Below are positions 37,645 through 51,351 of a stretch of 64,000 nt of DNA, one piece after another. How positions within the stretch are numbered: position 1 is the first letter of the stretch; each line of letters begins with the position of its first letter. A program made the translations under genes and the position numbers. The notes below the pieces were generated by a model. The model was not told the DNA's origin. It made no database searches and saw nothing but the letters and a program-made list of their open reading frames with translations. This DNA comes from Eledone cirrhosa (taxonomy: Eukaryota), in assembly GCA_964016885.1 (NCBI GenBank), contig OZ024740.1:85374001-85438000 (forward strand). The letters run 5' to 3'.

Positions 37645-40600
37645 CACTAACGCAAACACTTCCCCAATAACATCATCACCAACAGCAACATCGACACCAC
37701 CTCCACAATCCCCGAAACGCAAACAACCTAAACAAACACAAGTACAAATAAACACACAAATACCTGAAATTGCAGACACCACACCTACAACAAACACAGA
37801 CATACCCGAAACAACACCACCAAAACCATCACCACCACAGTCACCAAAACGAAAACAAATAAAACCACACCAACAAAATGTTAAAAACTTCGTGCTTGTC
37901 AGAAGGGCCAACGATAAACTGATGGCCCTCTTAGCACGAAGCGAGGACATTCAAACAGAGGGGAGATTTTTTAAATGAGCACATTTTGCGTGCCAGAAGA
38001 TTTGCTTCTGGTCCGAATGTCATTCAATTCCTTCAAAGAAATTCGAGACAACTTTCTTCAAGACGCGGGAACCCCGAATGTGACACCCACATCAAGACTT
38101 TTAAAGGGGTTCCCACAAGAAACCCTACCAACCATGGAGGTCGAACCACCCGACCTTCACAAGACCCCGGGAGGTAAGTAAACCTTCCCTCTCTCTCTTA
38201 GATACCAATATGGCCATATTAAGAGTAAGAAGTCCTTTACTGTTAGCGGGAGACTGGAATGGCATCTTAGACGCACGCTGGGATTGTGTGGGAGTAGCCG
38301 ATAGGAGCGGGGGTGGAAAAGCCTCAAGCACCTACTCAGCCAGTTCCAACTGTCTGACAGGTATCGACTAGATTTCCCCAATGTGCCAATATGGACATGG
38401 ACCAACCGAATGGGGTCATCTAGGTCGTATATAGACAGGATTTTCATTAGGAAAATAGATAGAAATAGTGTGGGCTGCCCACTTTTTAAAACAGTCGCCT
38501 ATTCAGATCACAAATTTGTGATCTGTACGGTCGACCTAGATAAAACGCGTAGGTTAGGATCGGGTTACTGGAAGCTGAACATGTCATTTCCAGCACGTAA
38601 GGCTTACAGGGACCGAGTCAACAATTTAGTTAAGCAAAGGTTGACAGGGGGGATCATCAACAACAGATGGTGGGGGGCTCTCAAAAGAGAGATTAGAGTA
38701 ACTTCGATAGAGTTCAGCAAAGAACTAGCGTTAGAGAAAAATAGAAAGGAGGGGGAGCTGGTAGATAAGTTAGACGAGGCTATGTGTAGTGGAATTGCAA
38801 CTGACGTGCTAGCGGCGATAATGGCATTAGACCATTTCTTCAATGCGAAACACGAAGATTGCATTGTCAGAGCTAAGGCGCGTGCGCTGAGAAACGAGGG
38901 AACCAAAGCTGTTCGATGGGCCCGCGTGGCGGAGGCGCAGCGTGGTAATAAAACCACAATTCGGTCTTTGGCGGACAGAGACGGACACGAGATAAGCAAT
39001 TCCAAGCGGATGTGTGAGGCCTTTCGCCAGCACTTTGCTCAGTTGTTCGGGGAGAGTGGCGAGTCAGAGAGAGTAGCCGATTTCAGTCCCTATCTTGACG
39101 GCTTGCCGCGCATCTCGACGGTCGACGCTGAGCGCTGCGAAAGGCCGATTACTTCAGCCGAAATTCAGGACGCCCTTGTCGGCTGCATAAGCCGCAAGTC
39201 ACCCGGTTTGGATGGCCTGCCCTACGAGCTTTACGTAAATATGCCAGACTTGTTCTCCGAACTCCTCGAAGCACTTTACTGCAACTGGCAGCAGAATGGG
39301 AGTATTCCCAGTTCTGTGAGCAGGGGAGTGGTGACGCTGATAACGAAAGACGAGAACAAGAGGGATACATTAGACAACTTCAGGCCCATAACTCTGCTCA
39401 ACACAGAGTTTAAGATTTTGGCCAAGGTGTTAGCAAAGAGATTGGCGCTTGTCGTCGAGGATTTGGTTGGGGAGGCGCAAACTTGCGCAATCCCAGCCAG
39501 GTCCATACACGACAATCTCCACCTCATGCGGGCAATCTCCACCTCATGGGGCACTGATCAATTTAGATCAATTGAAAGCATTCGATAGGGTCGACCATCG
39601 GTATCTGGAGTTTGTCCTCAAAGCAGCTGGCTTCGGCCCTGTCTTCAGAAGCTGGATCGCTGCAATGCCCAGCGGTACACGCTCGGTTGTCAAGGTTAAT
39701 GGCCACCTCTCGGAACCATTTCGGCTCACCCGATCGGTCCGTCAAGGGTGCCCTCTCTCTTCCCTTCTGTACGTATTGACTCTCGAGCCTTTACTGCAGA
39801 AGCTGGAGCTGTTGCAGGGCATCCCGTTCGAACCGGGACGTGGAAAGGCGGTGTCGGCTTATGCGGACGACATCACCGTGATGGTGTCGAACACCTCAGA
39901 AATCGAGGTGGTCGGCACCTTATTGAAGGAATATGAAATGTTGACAGGAGCCAAACTTAACCCGGAAAAGTCGGTGGGCTTGCAGCTCGGAACCTGGAGA
40001 GGTAAGCCCATGCCGTTCAATAGCGTCGTGGGACGCTGGACGGACGGACCGGTAAAGTTGCTCGGGGTTTGGTTCGGACCAGACCTCCAGGTGGAAAAGA
40101 ATTGGGACGAGGTAACGAGCAGAGTAGCCAGTCTCACCCAAAAATGGGCTGGGAGGAAGCTATCACTGAAAGGTCGCGCGGAGGTAGCGAATGCGTACAT
40201 CGCGTCCGTCATCTACTACCGCCTGACCGTGGTGCCTTGCCCCCGTCCGCGCCTCGTCAAGTTGGAACGGCTCCTCTTCAAATTCTTGTGGTGAGGACAA
40301 GTTCCGTTGGTGAGGAGGTCCATCTGCTGCCAGCTCCCTCTACGCAGAGGGCTCGGCATGCCGTGGTTAATGATGCGCAGACATGCGTTGAGGCTGCGAC
40401 ATCTCCAGATATTCTGCCTCAACGGTGAACAGGTGTGGTCCCCGTTTATCAGACGGGCCTTGCCGCAGCTCATTTCTTTGATTGAGCTGCAGTCCTGGGT
40501 CAAGAAGAGACCGAGACTGGGTGACTGGCACCTGGAATGTTGCCAGGAAGTCACTACCCTCTATCAAGCGGGCAATGCGATCAGTGGAACTTCCACTCTC

Positions 40601-41507
40601 GAGTTCTATAGAGGATTAGTGGTGGGAAAGTGCGATGACACACTCGGAAAAGCTTTGGGCCTCGACGAAGTCGAACTGACCAGTCTGTACCGGAGGAGTT
40701 TTGAGCCGGGGACGATGGACAATTTCCAGAAATCCCTCGCTTGGCAGTGCTACCGGGGGGCACTGCCGATTCGGGATAAACTCTACAGGCACGGAAGTGC
40801 TGTCAGACGGACCTGCCCAAGATGCGCACAGAACGACGAAACCGTTCTGCACGCACTTGTCCAATGTCCGTGCATTACTGACTTGTGGAGTTATGTCGAA
40901 CAGCTACTGTCGCGTGTGGAACGAATCCGGCTATCGGCCAAGTCCATAGTGAAGATCGATCCACCGCCTTCCTTAGGTCAGGAAGAGCAGGAAGTTTTCC
41001 TCTGTCTGGTGGCAGTTGCGAAAGAGGTTATATGGTGGACCAGGTTAAAAGGACTGAAGACAGACACTTTTCTCTTCGGCCAATCCCTCATCAACTTCTT
41101 CAAGTTTCACCTGGAAAGGAAGGTGAGGGTGGAGAGAGAAGTGACCCCCCCCCCAGTACATTTGCTAAAAGGTGGGTGAATGTGGCGAGAATGGCTCGTG
41201 TGAATGGGCCTACTCTGACCATGCGCCTGTAGGCTAGCTAACTCGAGGAGAGGGGTGCTCTCCCTGGGTGCCCTAGAAGCGCAGGGTGGTTCAGGATTGG
41301 TGGGGTACCCGAGTCACCCAAGGGTGGTCCACCCCTTATCGGGGAATTTATTTTGTTATATCTATGCATAGTTTATTTTATATTTTTATATTTTCATTGT
41401 TAAATTAGTCTTGCCATTGTGCACTTTTACTCGACCTTATTGTAAACCCCACTGTCCCTGTCTTTGTATTGTCTCCTACATGTCGGCCCTTGTGGCTAAT
41501 AAATGAA

Positions 41508-41570
<63 letters not shown>
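37645..41570 (+). mobile_element. Tx1/L1-type LINE copy 2, 5'-truncated, (TTA)n tail
   Basis: ORF1 C-terminus, ORF2 EN-RT-zinc finger, AATAAA then (TTA)n at 41509-41570. Confidence 0.92.
38210..41232 (+). pseudogene. LINE ORF2 (APE endonuclease part, reverse transcriptase, C-terminal zinc finger), disrupted
   Basis: GDWN, IDRIF, SDH, GYWKLN, KSPGLDG, RPITLLN, KAFDRVDH, RQGCPLS, YADD, CPRC..ETVLHALVQCP; frameshifts, a stop at 40292 and loss of the EN N-terminus. Confidence 0.92.
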
Positions 41571-41952
41571 GGCGACCTATGTAGTAAATCGTATTATCGT
41601 GAGCTCCGCAAATGTTTGTTATTTTCAGTTGTTTAAAATTGCCATTTATGGAAATTTTTTATTGGTAACTGTATATAAGTGCACATACATTGATTTCTGA
41701 AAAGGACACTCAAAGGGATTGAGCCTTGAGTCCAAAATTTAAACTTTTTATAATTATCAAACAAAAAAAAATTTATTTGAAAAATATTGCCGACTCACAG
41801 CTGAACCCAGTAGCTGAGAGCCTTCCTCACAAACTAACACCTCACACCGACACCACCATTGTAAATATTACTACGTTTGCCAACACTAAAAATATAAGCA
41901 GTAGCAATATTTTAAATTTGTTTCAGGCAGACATTCATTTCCTGCCATTACC

Positions 41953-43724
41953 AATGACTGCAGGTGTTAAAACCGCCACGCCCACCACCACCACAGCGAC
42001 AACAGAAAGAAAAGAAAAAAATAAATTAACTCGTGATATCGAAATGAATTCAACCAAAAAGAACTCTTCCACACCGAACACCACTGACGCCACCACCACC
42101 ACAACTGAAACTAAAATTAACAATAACAAAAATAACGATAACAGCAACAATGAAATTAAGAAAACCACCCTGAGTTTTGCCAGAGTAGCAAAACAGTACG
42201 AAGCGATCCAGGTAACTCAGGAGGAATTAGAAGAAGCCAAAAAAATGGTAAAGAAATATGGGTACAGGGTCAGCCTCACCACCTCCCACCTAATAAAATG
42301 GAACATCGGCGCCTATGCACCGTGTCTTATCGGACGATTAACATAAAATCGCGCCGAGTGGAACGGGAATCCGAGTCCCAAATCCCAAAAGCTTTGGGAC
42401 ATGTGTGGGCAAAGAAAACCCACAGCAGACGTGGGCAGAAATATGGAACCGTGGACGTGTTCTTTGAAACACCACAGGAGGTCAGAGAACACGCCATGGC
42501 CCCATTAAGAAGTGACGACTTCACACTCGTCCCAAGCTATTGTGGCCAGAGACTCGTGAAGATCAGGGTGACCCACGTTCCACCGGCCATCGAAATTCCC
42601 TGGCTAATAGCTGCCCTCCTCGCCGGCATCCAAGCCAACGCCTAGATAATCGAAATAGCGAAAGGAAAGCAGGAGTACTGGTCCGGATCTGGGATGGAGC
42701 TCCTGATCCAAGCGGACCAAAAAAGCATTGAGGAGATCCCAGAGGTAATAGACCTCACTGACGGCAGCCACCTCACCGTAATCGTCGAGGGCAGAAGGCC
42801 TAGGTGTGTCGTTTGTGGTGAAGGAACCCACCTAAGGGCTTTCTGCCCTCAGGCTAAAAGGTTGAGGCCACCTCTCTTACCCACCCCAGTGACTCAACCA
42901 TCAACACCACCAGCAGCAGAGATGGCAGCAATAACTGTAGCAACAACAATAGAAGCAACTGTAACAGCAACAACCCCAGCAACAGTAACAAAACCAACAC
43001 CACCACCACCCAACGCGCCAGAACTAGCACCAGCGCCTACACCATCCACCACGCCACAACCAAAACCAACGCCTGTGGAGGATTTTCCACTCCCCAGCCT
43101 ATCACAACTGGAGACAGATTGTGACGACGAGGAGTGGGAAACGGTATCAGGAAAAAAGTAAAAAAGAAACCAAAAAAGAAAAAATTCTCTTCCCTCCCCC
43201 TCCAAAAACAAAATACAGAAGAAAACAAATAAACTATCAAACAAAAAAGTTAGGACAGATATGCCACCATCCACACCAGCATCACCAACCCCATCACCAC
43301 AAACACCAACACCATCACCATCATTAACCCCAACACCACCATCACCAACACCACAAAAATCACCAAAAAGCGAAACAGAAACAAACCCACAACAAACGTA
43401 AACAAAACAAAACAAAACAAAAACGATACACGCTACACAGCATTAAATTTGAACAACAACCAATTATTACACTACATCCAACACAACACCAGCATCACAG
43501 AAAAAGACTACTCAACACCCCAAAAGTTCACACAACCTCCACACATACAAATCACTCGCATCACACAGAAAACGTACACGACACTAAAACAAAAATTCCC
43601 CAAAGACATCGGAGACTTCCGACAAGCACTCTCCAGGAGGATTTATAAGGATATCCTTCCGGAGGAGGCCACAAGCAGTGAAAATGATGGCGAAACCATC
43701 CTTCCTCTACGAGAAGTAAGGTAA
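41953..43724 (+). pseudogene. LINE ORF1, frameshifted
   Basis: SFARVAK, KYGTVDVFF, GRRPRCVVCGEGTHLRAFCP, Pro-rich region. Confidence 0.8.
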
Positions 43725-43758
43725 GTGGTCTTTCCCATCTTTTCCACTCAATTTCAAC

Positions 43759-46700
43759 ATGACCTCACTCAGAATAGGTAGCATAAATGCGCGTGGCTTG
43801 GGGTCGTCATGGAAGCAGGGCCACCTGCTCAACGACCTCAGGTCACTAAACATAGATGTAGTGGCCATCAGCGAGACCAGAATCTCCGAAGCACGGGCCT
43901 TCGCACCGATCTTCGGCGGCTACGATGTGTACGCATCTCCCAGCCGTCCGGGATCGGGGGCAGGAGTTGCTGTGCTTTTTCGGAGAGGTTTGGAGCTCGC
44001 CATACGGACCATCTTCCTGAACCCAGAAGGTAAGTTGGTGGTGCTGGACGTGACCAGCAGAGACGGGCAAGCTTTCAGGCTAGTGGCCTTCTATGCCTCG
44101 ACAGGAGCAGGGCGGCCTAATTTCTTCCGGCATCTGGAGAACTTTCTTGGAACGTTCCGCTCTTTAGTGTTAGTGGGCGACTGGAACGGGATCTTAGATG
44201 CACGCTGGGACTGTGTGGGATTAGCGGATAGGGGAGGAGGGTGCAAGAGCCTCACCAACCTGCTCAGGCGTTTTAAACTGTCTGACAGGTACCGATTCGA
44301 TTTCCCGAATGTGCCAATGTGGACTTGGTCAAGATAGAGTATTTTGTAGGGAAATATATAGGTCTAGCATAGGCTGTCCACAATTCAAGATAGTCAGCTA
44401 CACGGACCACAAATTCGTGATCTGTGTGCTTGACTTAGATAGGCTTCATAGACGAGGACCAGGCTACTGGAAGCTAAACGCGTCCTTACCAGCGCGCAAG
44501 GCCTACAGAGACCGGATTAGCGAACTAGTTAAGCGGGCGTTGACGGGGGCCATCGTCAACAACAAGTGGTGGTTTGCTCTGAAAAGAACGATTAGAATAG
44601 ATCCATTAGGTTTAGTAAGGCTTTAGCAATAGAGGAAAATAGAGCAGAGAGAGAACTAGTTAGAAAATTAGACGAAGCGCTTAGCAAAGGCATCGCGACC
44701 GACGTACATGCGGTGAAATTGGCCCTTGACCAATTCTTCAATGCAAAGCACGAAGGCTGTGTTGTCAGAGCTAGGGTGCGTTCTCTCAGACACGAGGGGA
44801 CGAAAGCCGTTCGATGGGCCCGAGTGGCGAAGGCGCGTCGTGGCAACAAAGCCACGATCCGGTCTTTGGTGGACCACGACGGGCGCATGCTACTCGATCT
44901 CGGGCAAATATGTGAAGCTTTTCAGCGACACTTCGCACAGCTCTTCGGGGGCAGCGGCGGGCCGGATCGAGGGATGGACTTTAGTGTCTACCTCGACGGA
45001 CTGCCGCAGCTCTCGGCCACTGAGGCGGAGGGTTGCGAAAAGCCGATAACAGCCGCTGAAGTACGGGAGGCAATGACTGGCTGCACAAGGGGTAAATCGC
45101 CTGGTTTGGATGGTCTGCCCTATGAACTTTACGTACAGATGCCAGACTTGTTCGGAGGCCTCTTGGCGGACGTCTACCGCAACTGGCAACAGAACGGGAG
45201 AATTCCCAGCTCTGTGAGCCGAGGAGCTGTGCCGCTGCTGAGAAAGGATCCGAACAAGGGGGATAATATAGCTAATTTCAAGCCCATAACTCTGCTAAAC
45301 ACAGAGTTCAAGATTTTGGCCAAGGTGCTAGCAAAGAGGTTGGCGCTTGTCGTTGGTGGTCTGGTGGGAGAGGCGCAGACATGCGCCATTCCCGACAGAT
45401 CCATCCACGACAACCTCCACCTAATGCGATACATCGTAGAGAGGGTAGCTAGGGAACCTGGCATGGGTGGGTCCTTGATCAATTTAGATCAGTCGAAAGC
45501 TTTCGATAGGGTCGACCATCGTTACCTAGCGGCAGTCCTGAGGGCGGCTGGCTTTGGGCCCATCTTCAGAGACTGGATCGCTGCCATGCACAGTGACATT
45601 TGCTCTGTGGTGAGAGTGAACGGTCACCTTTCGGAACCGTTCAACATCATGCGCTCGGTCCGCCAAGGATGTCTCCTCTCGTCCCTCTTGTACGTATTGA
45701 CTCTCGAGCCATTACTGCACAAACTGGAGACGTTGAGCGGGATCCCGCGCGAACTAGAATGCGGAAGATCCGTGTCAGCATATGCGGACGATGTCACCGT
45801 AGTGGTGTCGAACGCCAAACACATCGAGGCGATAGGCACTACACTAAGAGAATACGAAGCGGTGACAGGAGCAATGATCAACCAGGAAAAGTCAGTGGGC
45901 CTGCAGCTCGGCACCTGGAGAGGCAGGTCCATACCGTCCAACAGCGTCGTCGGGCGCTGGACGGACGGATCGGTTAAATTGCTAGGAGTCTGGTTCGGTC
46001 CGGACCTCCAGACGGACAAAAACTGGGACGAGGTGACGAGCAGGGTGGCTTCTCTCACCCAGAAATGGGCTGAGAGGAAGCTATCCCTGAAAGGTCGAGC
46101 GGAGGTGGCTAACGCGTACATCGCGTCCGTCATCTACTACCACCTGACCGTCGTACCTTGTCCTAAGCCCCGCCTGACTGCGCTGGAGCGTTTGCTCTTT
46201 CGCTTCTTGTGGAAGGGACGCGCTCCGATGGTCAGGCGGTCCATCTGCTGTCAACACCCGCTACGTGGAGGGCTGGCCATGCCGTGGCTGATAATGCGCA
46301 GACACGCGCTCAGGCTACGACATCTGCACCTCTTCCTAGACGGTGATCAGGTGTGGTCTCCGTTTGCTAGACGCGTCTTTCCCCAGCTCGTCTCCTTGAC
46401 GGAGCTGCAGTCCTGGGTCAAGCGAAGACCGAGAGGGAGCGCTTGGAGACTGGAATGTCTTCAGGCGCTCACAGCGTTCGACCAATCGGGCAATGTGATC
46501 GGTGGAAACTCCACCTTGGCGTTCTATAGAGGATTAGTGGAGGGGAAGAACGACGACGTACTTGGAGAAACTCTAGGCGTCGACGAAAATCAACTAGCCA
46601 ATCTCTTCGGAAGAACTTTCGGGCCAGGGCCTATGGACAACTTCCAGAAATCCCTGGCCTGGCAGTGCTACCGAGGAGCTTTGCCAGTTCGGGATAAACT

Positions 46701-46970
46701 CTACAGGCATGTCCGAGATGCGCGCAGGGCGACGAAACCGTCCTGTACGCACTCGTCCAGTGTCCGAGCATTGCTGTCGCGTGTAGGACGGATCCAGCTA
46801 TCAGCTGAGTCCATCGTGAGGATTGCCCCGCCCTCTTCTTTAGCCGGGAAGGGCTGGCAGTATTTATCTGTCTGGTGGCCATGGCGAAAGAGATAATATG
46901 GTTGACACATTTGAAAGGGCTGAAGACGATCACATACCTCTTCGGTGATGCCCTGATTACCTTTTTCAGC
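43759..46970 (+). pseudogene. LINE ORF2 (APE endonuclease + reverse transcriptase), disrupted
   Basis: SINARGL, ISET, GVAVL, GDWN, GYWKLN and a 727-aa RT-containing frame with YADD. Confidence 0.93.
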
Positions 46971-47198
46971 AGTTCCTGATTATTACTAGAATTCACGATT
47001 TTAAGCAAACAGGAGGAGTAGTTAGCTTTTATAAGCACCAAAAAGTGCGAAGCAGAGCTCTGTCAGCTTTATCTCCCCTGTTTGCTGAAAATTAAAGTAA
47101 GTGAGACCGTCACTACTCTAAAACAACAGCGTAAGGTCTTCGAAATGCTTTTAATTAAGCATACAGTGTATTGCAAAATACACTATATATATATACAT

Positions 47199-47269
<71 letters not shown>

Positions 47270-47362
47270 AAGTAATTCCGTCGGAAAAGTCCAGGAAAAA
47301 AGAGTGCTCTATGTAGGTAACAGAGCTTAATAGTTATGTAATAAACAGCATAAGGCAATTAT

Positions 47363-47420
47363 TCCATTTACCAGTGGTTTCTTAAAAGCAAAAGATTTTG
47401 CTTTCAATCTTCAGAATGAA
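47363..47420 (-). ncRNA. Type-I hammerhead ribozyme
   Basis: TTCATT-CTGAAGA-TTGAAAGCAAAA TC TTTTGCTTTTAA-GAAA-CCACTGG-TA-AATGGA. Confidence 0.85.
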
Positions 47421-47575
47421 AATATCCTGGTCTGTTTATTGAATTTGGATTTTAAAAACAAAAATGCAATCTATATGAAAGTGAGGCTGGAGAAGGAAGA
47501 AGGAAAGGAAAAATAAAATAAAACTACACATGCAAACACACACACAAAAACACGCACACTCACACACAAAAGCAT

Positions 47576-47676
<101 letters not shown>

Positions 47677-47861
47677 CATACACTCATATATACACACACA
47701 CACATATATACACACATATACACATATATACATACGCACATAAATATCAACACATCCATACATACACATACATATATACAACCACACACACATATATACA
47801 CACATACATACACATAGAAACATAAATATAAATACATATACATACACACATATACATACAT

Positions 47862-47895
<34 letters not shown>

Positions 47896-47942
47896 ATTAG
47901 TTGAGCACTCTACAGTTTTCAGGAATTTAACCAACATACACC

Positions 47943-48745
47943 ATGGATCTTTATGAATTGGATTATTCAATCAAAAATATACCCACTCCTTCCAACACAA
48001 CTTATACCAAAATCCTCATAGATAAAATCGAACAAGTCGTTAAAAGAATGAGATGGAAGGCAATGGTTTACGATGGACTATTCAGTGCTGATACTAAAGA
48101 TTGTTTTGGGATCAAATCCCGTAAATATCCACCTAGAATTAAAGACATGGCCAACTTCGAATTAGACCTTGTTAATCTAATTAGTGATATCAAATTTCGT
48201 AAGTACAATAATAATTTTCAAACTAAACTATCTAACGATATTTCTAATTTTAGAAATTCTACAAACACTTGTTCTTTCTGATAAAACTAAAAATCTCTTT
48301 GAAGTTAATAGTACTTTGTATAACCAACTTTTAACTAATAGTATTACCAATAAATATCAATTAACTAATAATAATACCTACAATAATAATACCTACAATA
48401 CTATCAATAAAGAAGCTAAAGAACTAGCTAGTTCTTTACAAATAGATAACCGGATTGAAAGCCTAGCTAAGCGTAAAGCATATATTACCCTTAAAGACCA
48501 TAAATTGGACTTTACTAATCGATCTAGTTGTAGACAGATTAACCCGGCTAAATCCGAGGTTGGCCTTGCAAGTAAGAAAATCTTAAGAAAAATAATTCTC
48601 CAAATTAGAACTAACACTGACCTATCACAGGAGCTAAATACTTCCTCTGTTATTTCTTGGTTTAATAATATACAAGGTAAAAATAAGTGTAGATTTACCC
48701 AATTTGATATTGTCGATTTTTACCCATCTATTACTGTTTCCTTAT
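47943..48745 (+). pseudogene. Penelope-like (Naiad-type) ORF N-terminus to RT motif A, frameshifted and truncated
   Basis: [66 protein letters not shown]. Confidence 0.88.
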
Positions 48746-48781
48746 TTTACACACACGCACATGTATATGTGTACGTATGTG

Positions 48782-48914
<133 letters not shown>

Positions 48915-49017
48915 GTGTTTGTATTTGGTTGTGCGTGTTTATGATATGTGCGTATTTGTATGTGTATAATTGTATAGCTATGTATGTATATGTGTGTGTG
49001 TGTATTTTTATATTTAT

Positions 49018-49049
<32 letters not shown>

Positions 49050-49706
49050 ATATAATTAAATATACATATGTGTGTGTATATGTGTGTGTATAATTGTATA
49101 CGTGTGCGTGTGCGTGTTTGTGCTTGTATTTGTGTATGTGTATGTATGTGTTTATGTATTTGTATATGTATATTTATGTGTGAGAGTGTGTGTATGTATT
49201 TACTATTTCGTACGTATGTATACGTGCATTTGGTGTATTACTTACCACGCGTGTCTGTCCAGTTACCTGCCGGTTGTATCGCTGTCAAAAATTTTTTTAA
49301 TATATATATATATATTTTTTTCCTTATATTTATTTGCGTGTGTGAATATGTAGAGGAGTGCATTTATGTATGTGTATGTATGTACGTGTGTATATATGTA
49401 TGTACGTGTGCATGTATGTATGTATGTATATGTATGTGTGTATGGCTATGTTTGTGTATGTGTATGCTTGTACACATATATATATATGTATGTATATGTG
49501 TGTATGTATATGTATATGTATTTATGTTTCTATGTGTATGTATGTGTGTATATATGTGTGTGTGGTTGTATATATGTATGGATGTGTTGATATTTATGTG
49601 CGTATGTATATATGTGTATATGTATGTGTTTGTGTGTATTTATATACACATATATGTGTGTATATATGTGTGTGTGTGTGTATGTATGAGTGTATGTATA
49701 TGTATA

Positions 49707-49785
<79 letters not shown>

Positions 49786-49944
49786 ATGTATGCTTTTGTG
49801 TGTGAGTGTGCGTGTTTTTGTGTGTGTGTTTGCATGTGTAGTTTTATTTTATTTTTCCTTTCCTTCTTCCTTCTGCAGCCTCACTTTCATATAGATTGCA
49901 TTTTTGTTTTTAAAATCCAAATTCAATAAACAGACCAGGATTTT

Positions 49945-50002
49945 TTCATTCTGAGGATTGAAAGCAAAATCTTTTGCTTTTAAGAAACCACTGGTAAATG
50001 GA
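49945..50002 (+). ncRNA. Type-I hammerhead ribozyme
   Basis: TTCATT-CTGAGGA-TTGAAAGCAAAATCTTTTGCTTTTAA-GAAA-CCACTGG-TA-AATGGA. Confidence 0.85.
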
Positions 50003-50052
50003 ATAATTGCCTTATGTTGTTTATTACATAACTATATATATATATATATATA

Positions 50053-50760
50053 TAATGAGAGGAACCCACATATATGTGCATACATTACATACATACACAT
50101 GTATATATACACATATATTTTTTCACAAGTATGTGTGTTTGTGTGTTGTCGACCTTAACCAGTGTTGCTCCATGATTATGAGAGACAAGATAATTGAAAT
50201 AATTAAATTGACTCGATATCAGAGCTATGTAACAAATTATAAAATAAGAAGAATTAATAGACACAGATATATACCTATTTCTTTCTTCAATGTCCCGACT
50301 GTACAGTTTCGCTGGTCAGTATGCAACAATCCTACATCATAGAGATGAAACATTGTTGTGAGGTAAGCCAGCTTTTCAAGGGAACACCTCAGGGAAAGAG
50401 TGCTTCCAGACACGTCCGTAGCGAGCGAGAAAATCTCAAAAAGGCGGAGGGAGATATTATCACGTGATACACCGGTCAAGAAAGGGGACTAAATCCCTTG
50501 TAGCAGTGAAAAATATCTCAGAAGGCGGAGGGAGATATTGATATGATACCGTGGTTATAGTGTTTGCTTTAAAACAGTTACTATACTTCCGTGGTTACTC
50601 GACCGTGACGGAGTTTGAGACAATAATGAGAGGTACGCACATATATGTGCATACATACAAACACATGTATATATACACATATATATAATTTCACAAGTAT
50701 GTGAGTTTGTGTGTTGTCGACCTTAACCACTGTTGCTCCATTATTATGAGAGACAAGATT
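50053..50760 (-). mobile_element. ~570-bp partial tandem unit with a degenerate HHR at 50292-50385
   Basis: ATAATGAGAGG..CACATATATGTGCATAC at 50053 and 50623; minus strand TTCCC-TTGAAAA-GCTGG..CCAGC-GAAA-CTGTACAG-TC-GGGAC. Confidence 0.6.
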
Positions 50761-51210
50761 ACTTCCCTTGTTGGAAATAACACGTGAGAACGAAATACTG
50801 AAGGCTGTCTATTGTAGCAGTCGCATTGAGTTGCAGTTCACACCGGTTTGAGGCCTAGAACGAAATACCTGTCGATGACGTGAATCCCCTGTCCGATCAT
50901 AGAATACCACAAGCTTACGTATTACGTAAGTTGGATTGATGATTTAGGATTCATAGAAACATATCGGACGTATTGCAGAATATCGTCCGATTTGTCAAGG
51001 TCTGTTGTCTAACCTGATTAGTTTTTTCGTTGTTTTGGTACTGTGTGGCTGGGTTTTGCCTGCCGCAATTTTCAATTTGCCAAGCTTTCTAAACGTAACG
51101 TTATTACTCTGAGGACCTACCCTTATTGAGTGTTTTGCTATTCATTCCTAATTGTAGGTCGACTTTGCTTGGCCATAGCCAAAGGTTCGATTTTACTAAG
51201 ATTCCACTTG

Positions 51211-51351
<141 letters not shown>

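Larger units (their letters stand above)
41571..46975 (+). mobile_element. Tx1/L1-type LINE copy 3 (related but distinct family), 5' end apparently present, 3' end missing
   Basis: Starts directly after the tail of copy 2; ORF1 with CVVCGEGTHLRAFCP; ORF2 begins at 43759. Confidence 0.92.

Noticed and set aside
51105-51165. CTGAGGA with GACCTAC/GTAGGTC helix
   Set aside because: GAAA and stem I missing; at most a very decayed HHR.
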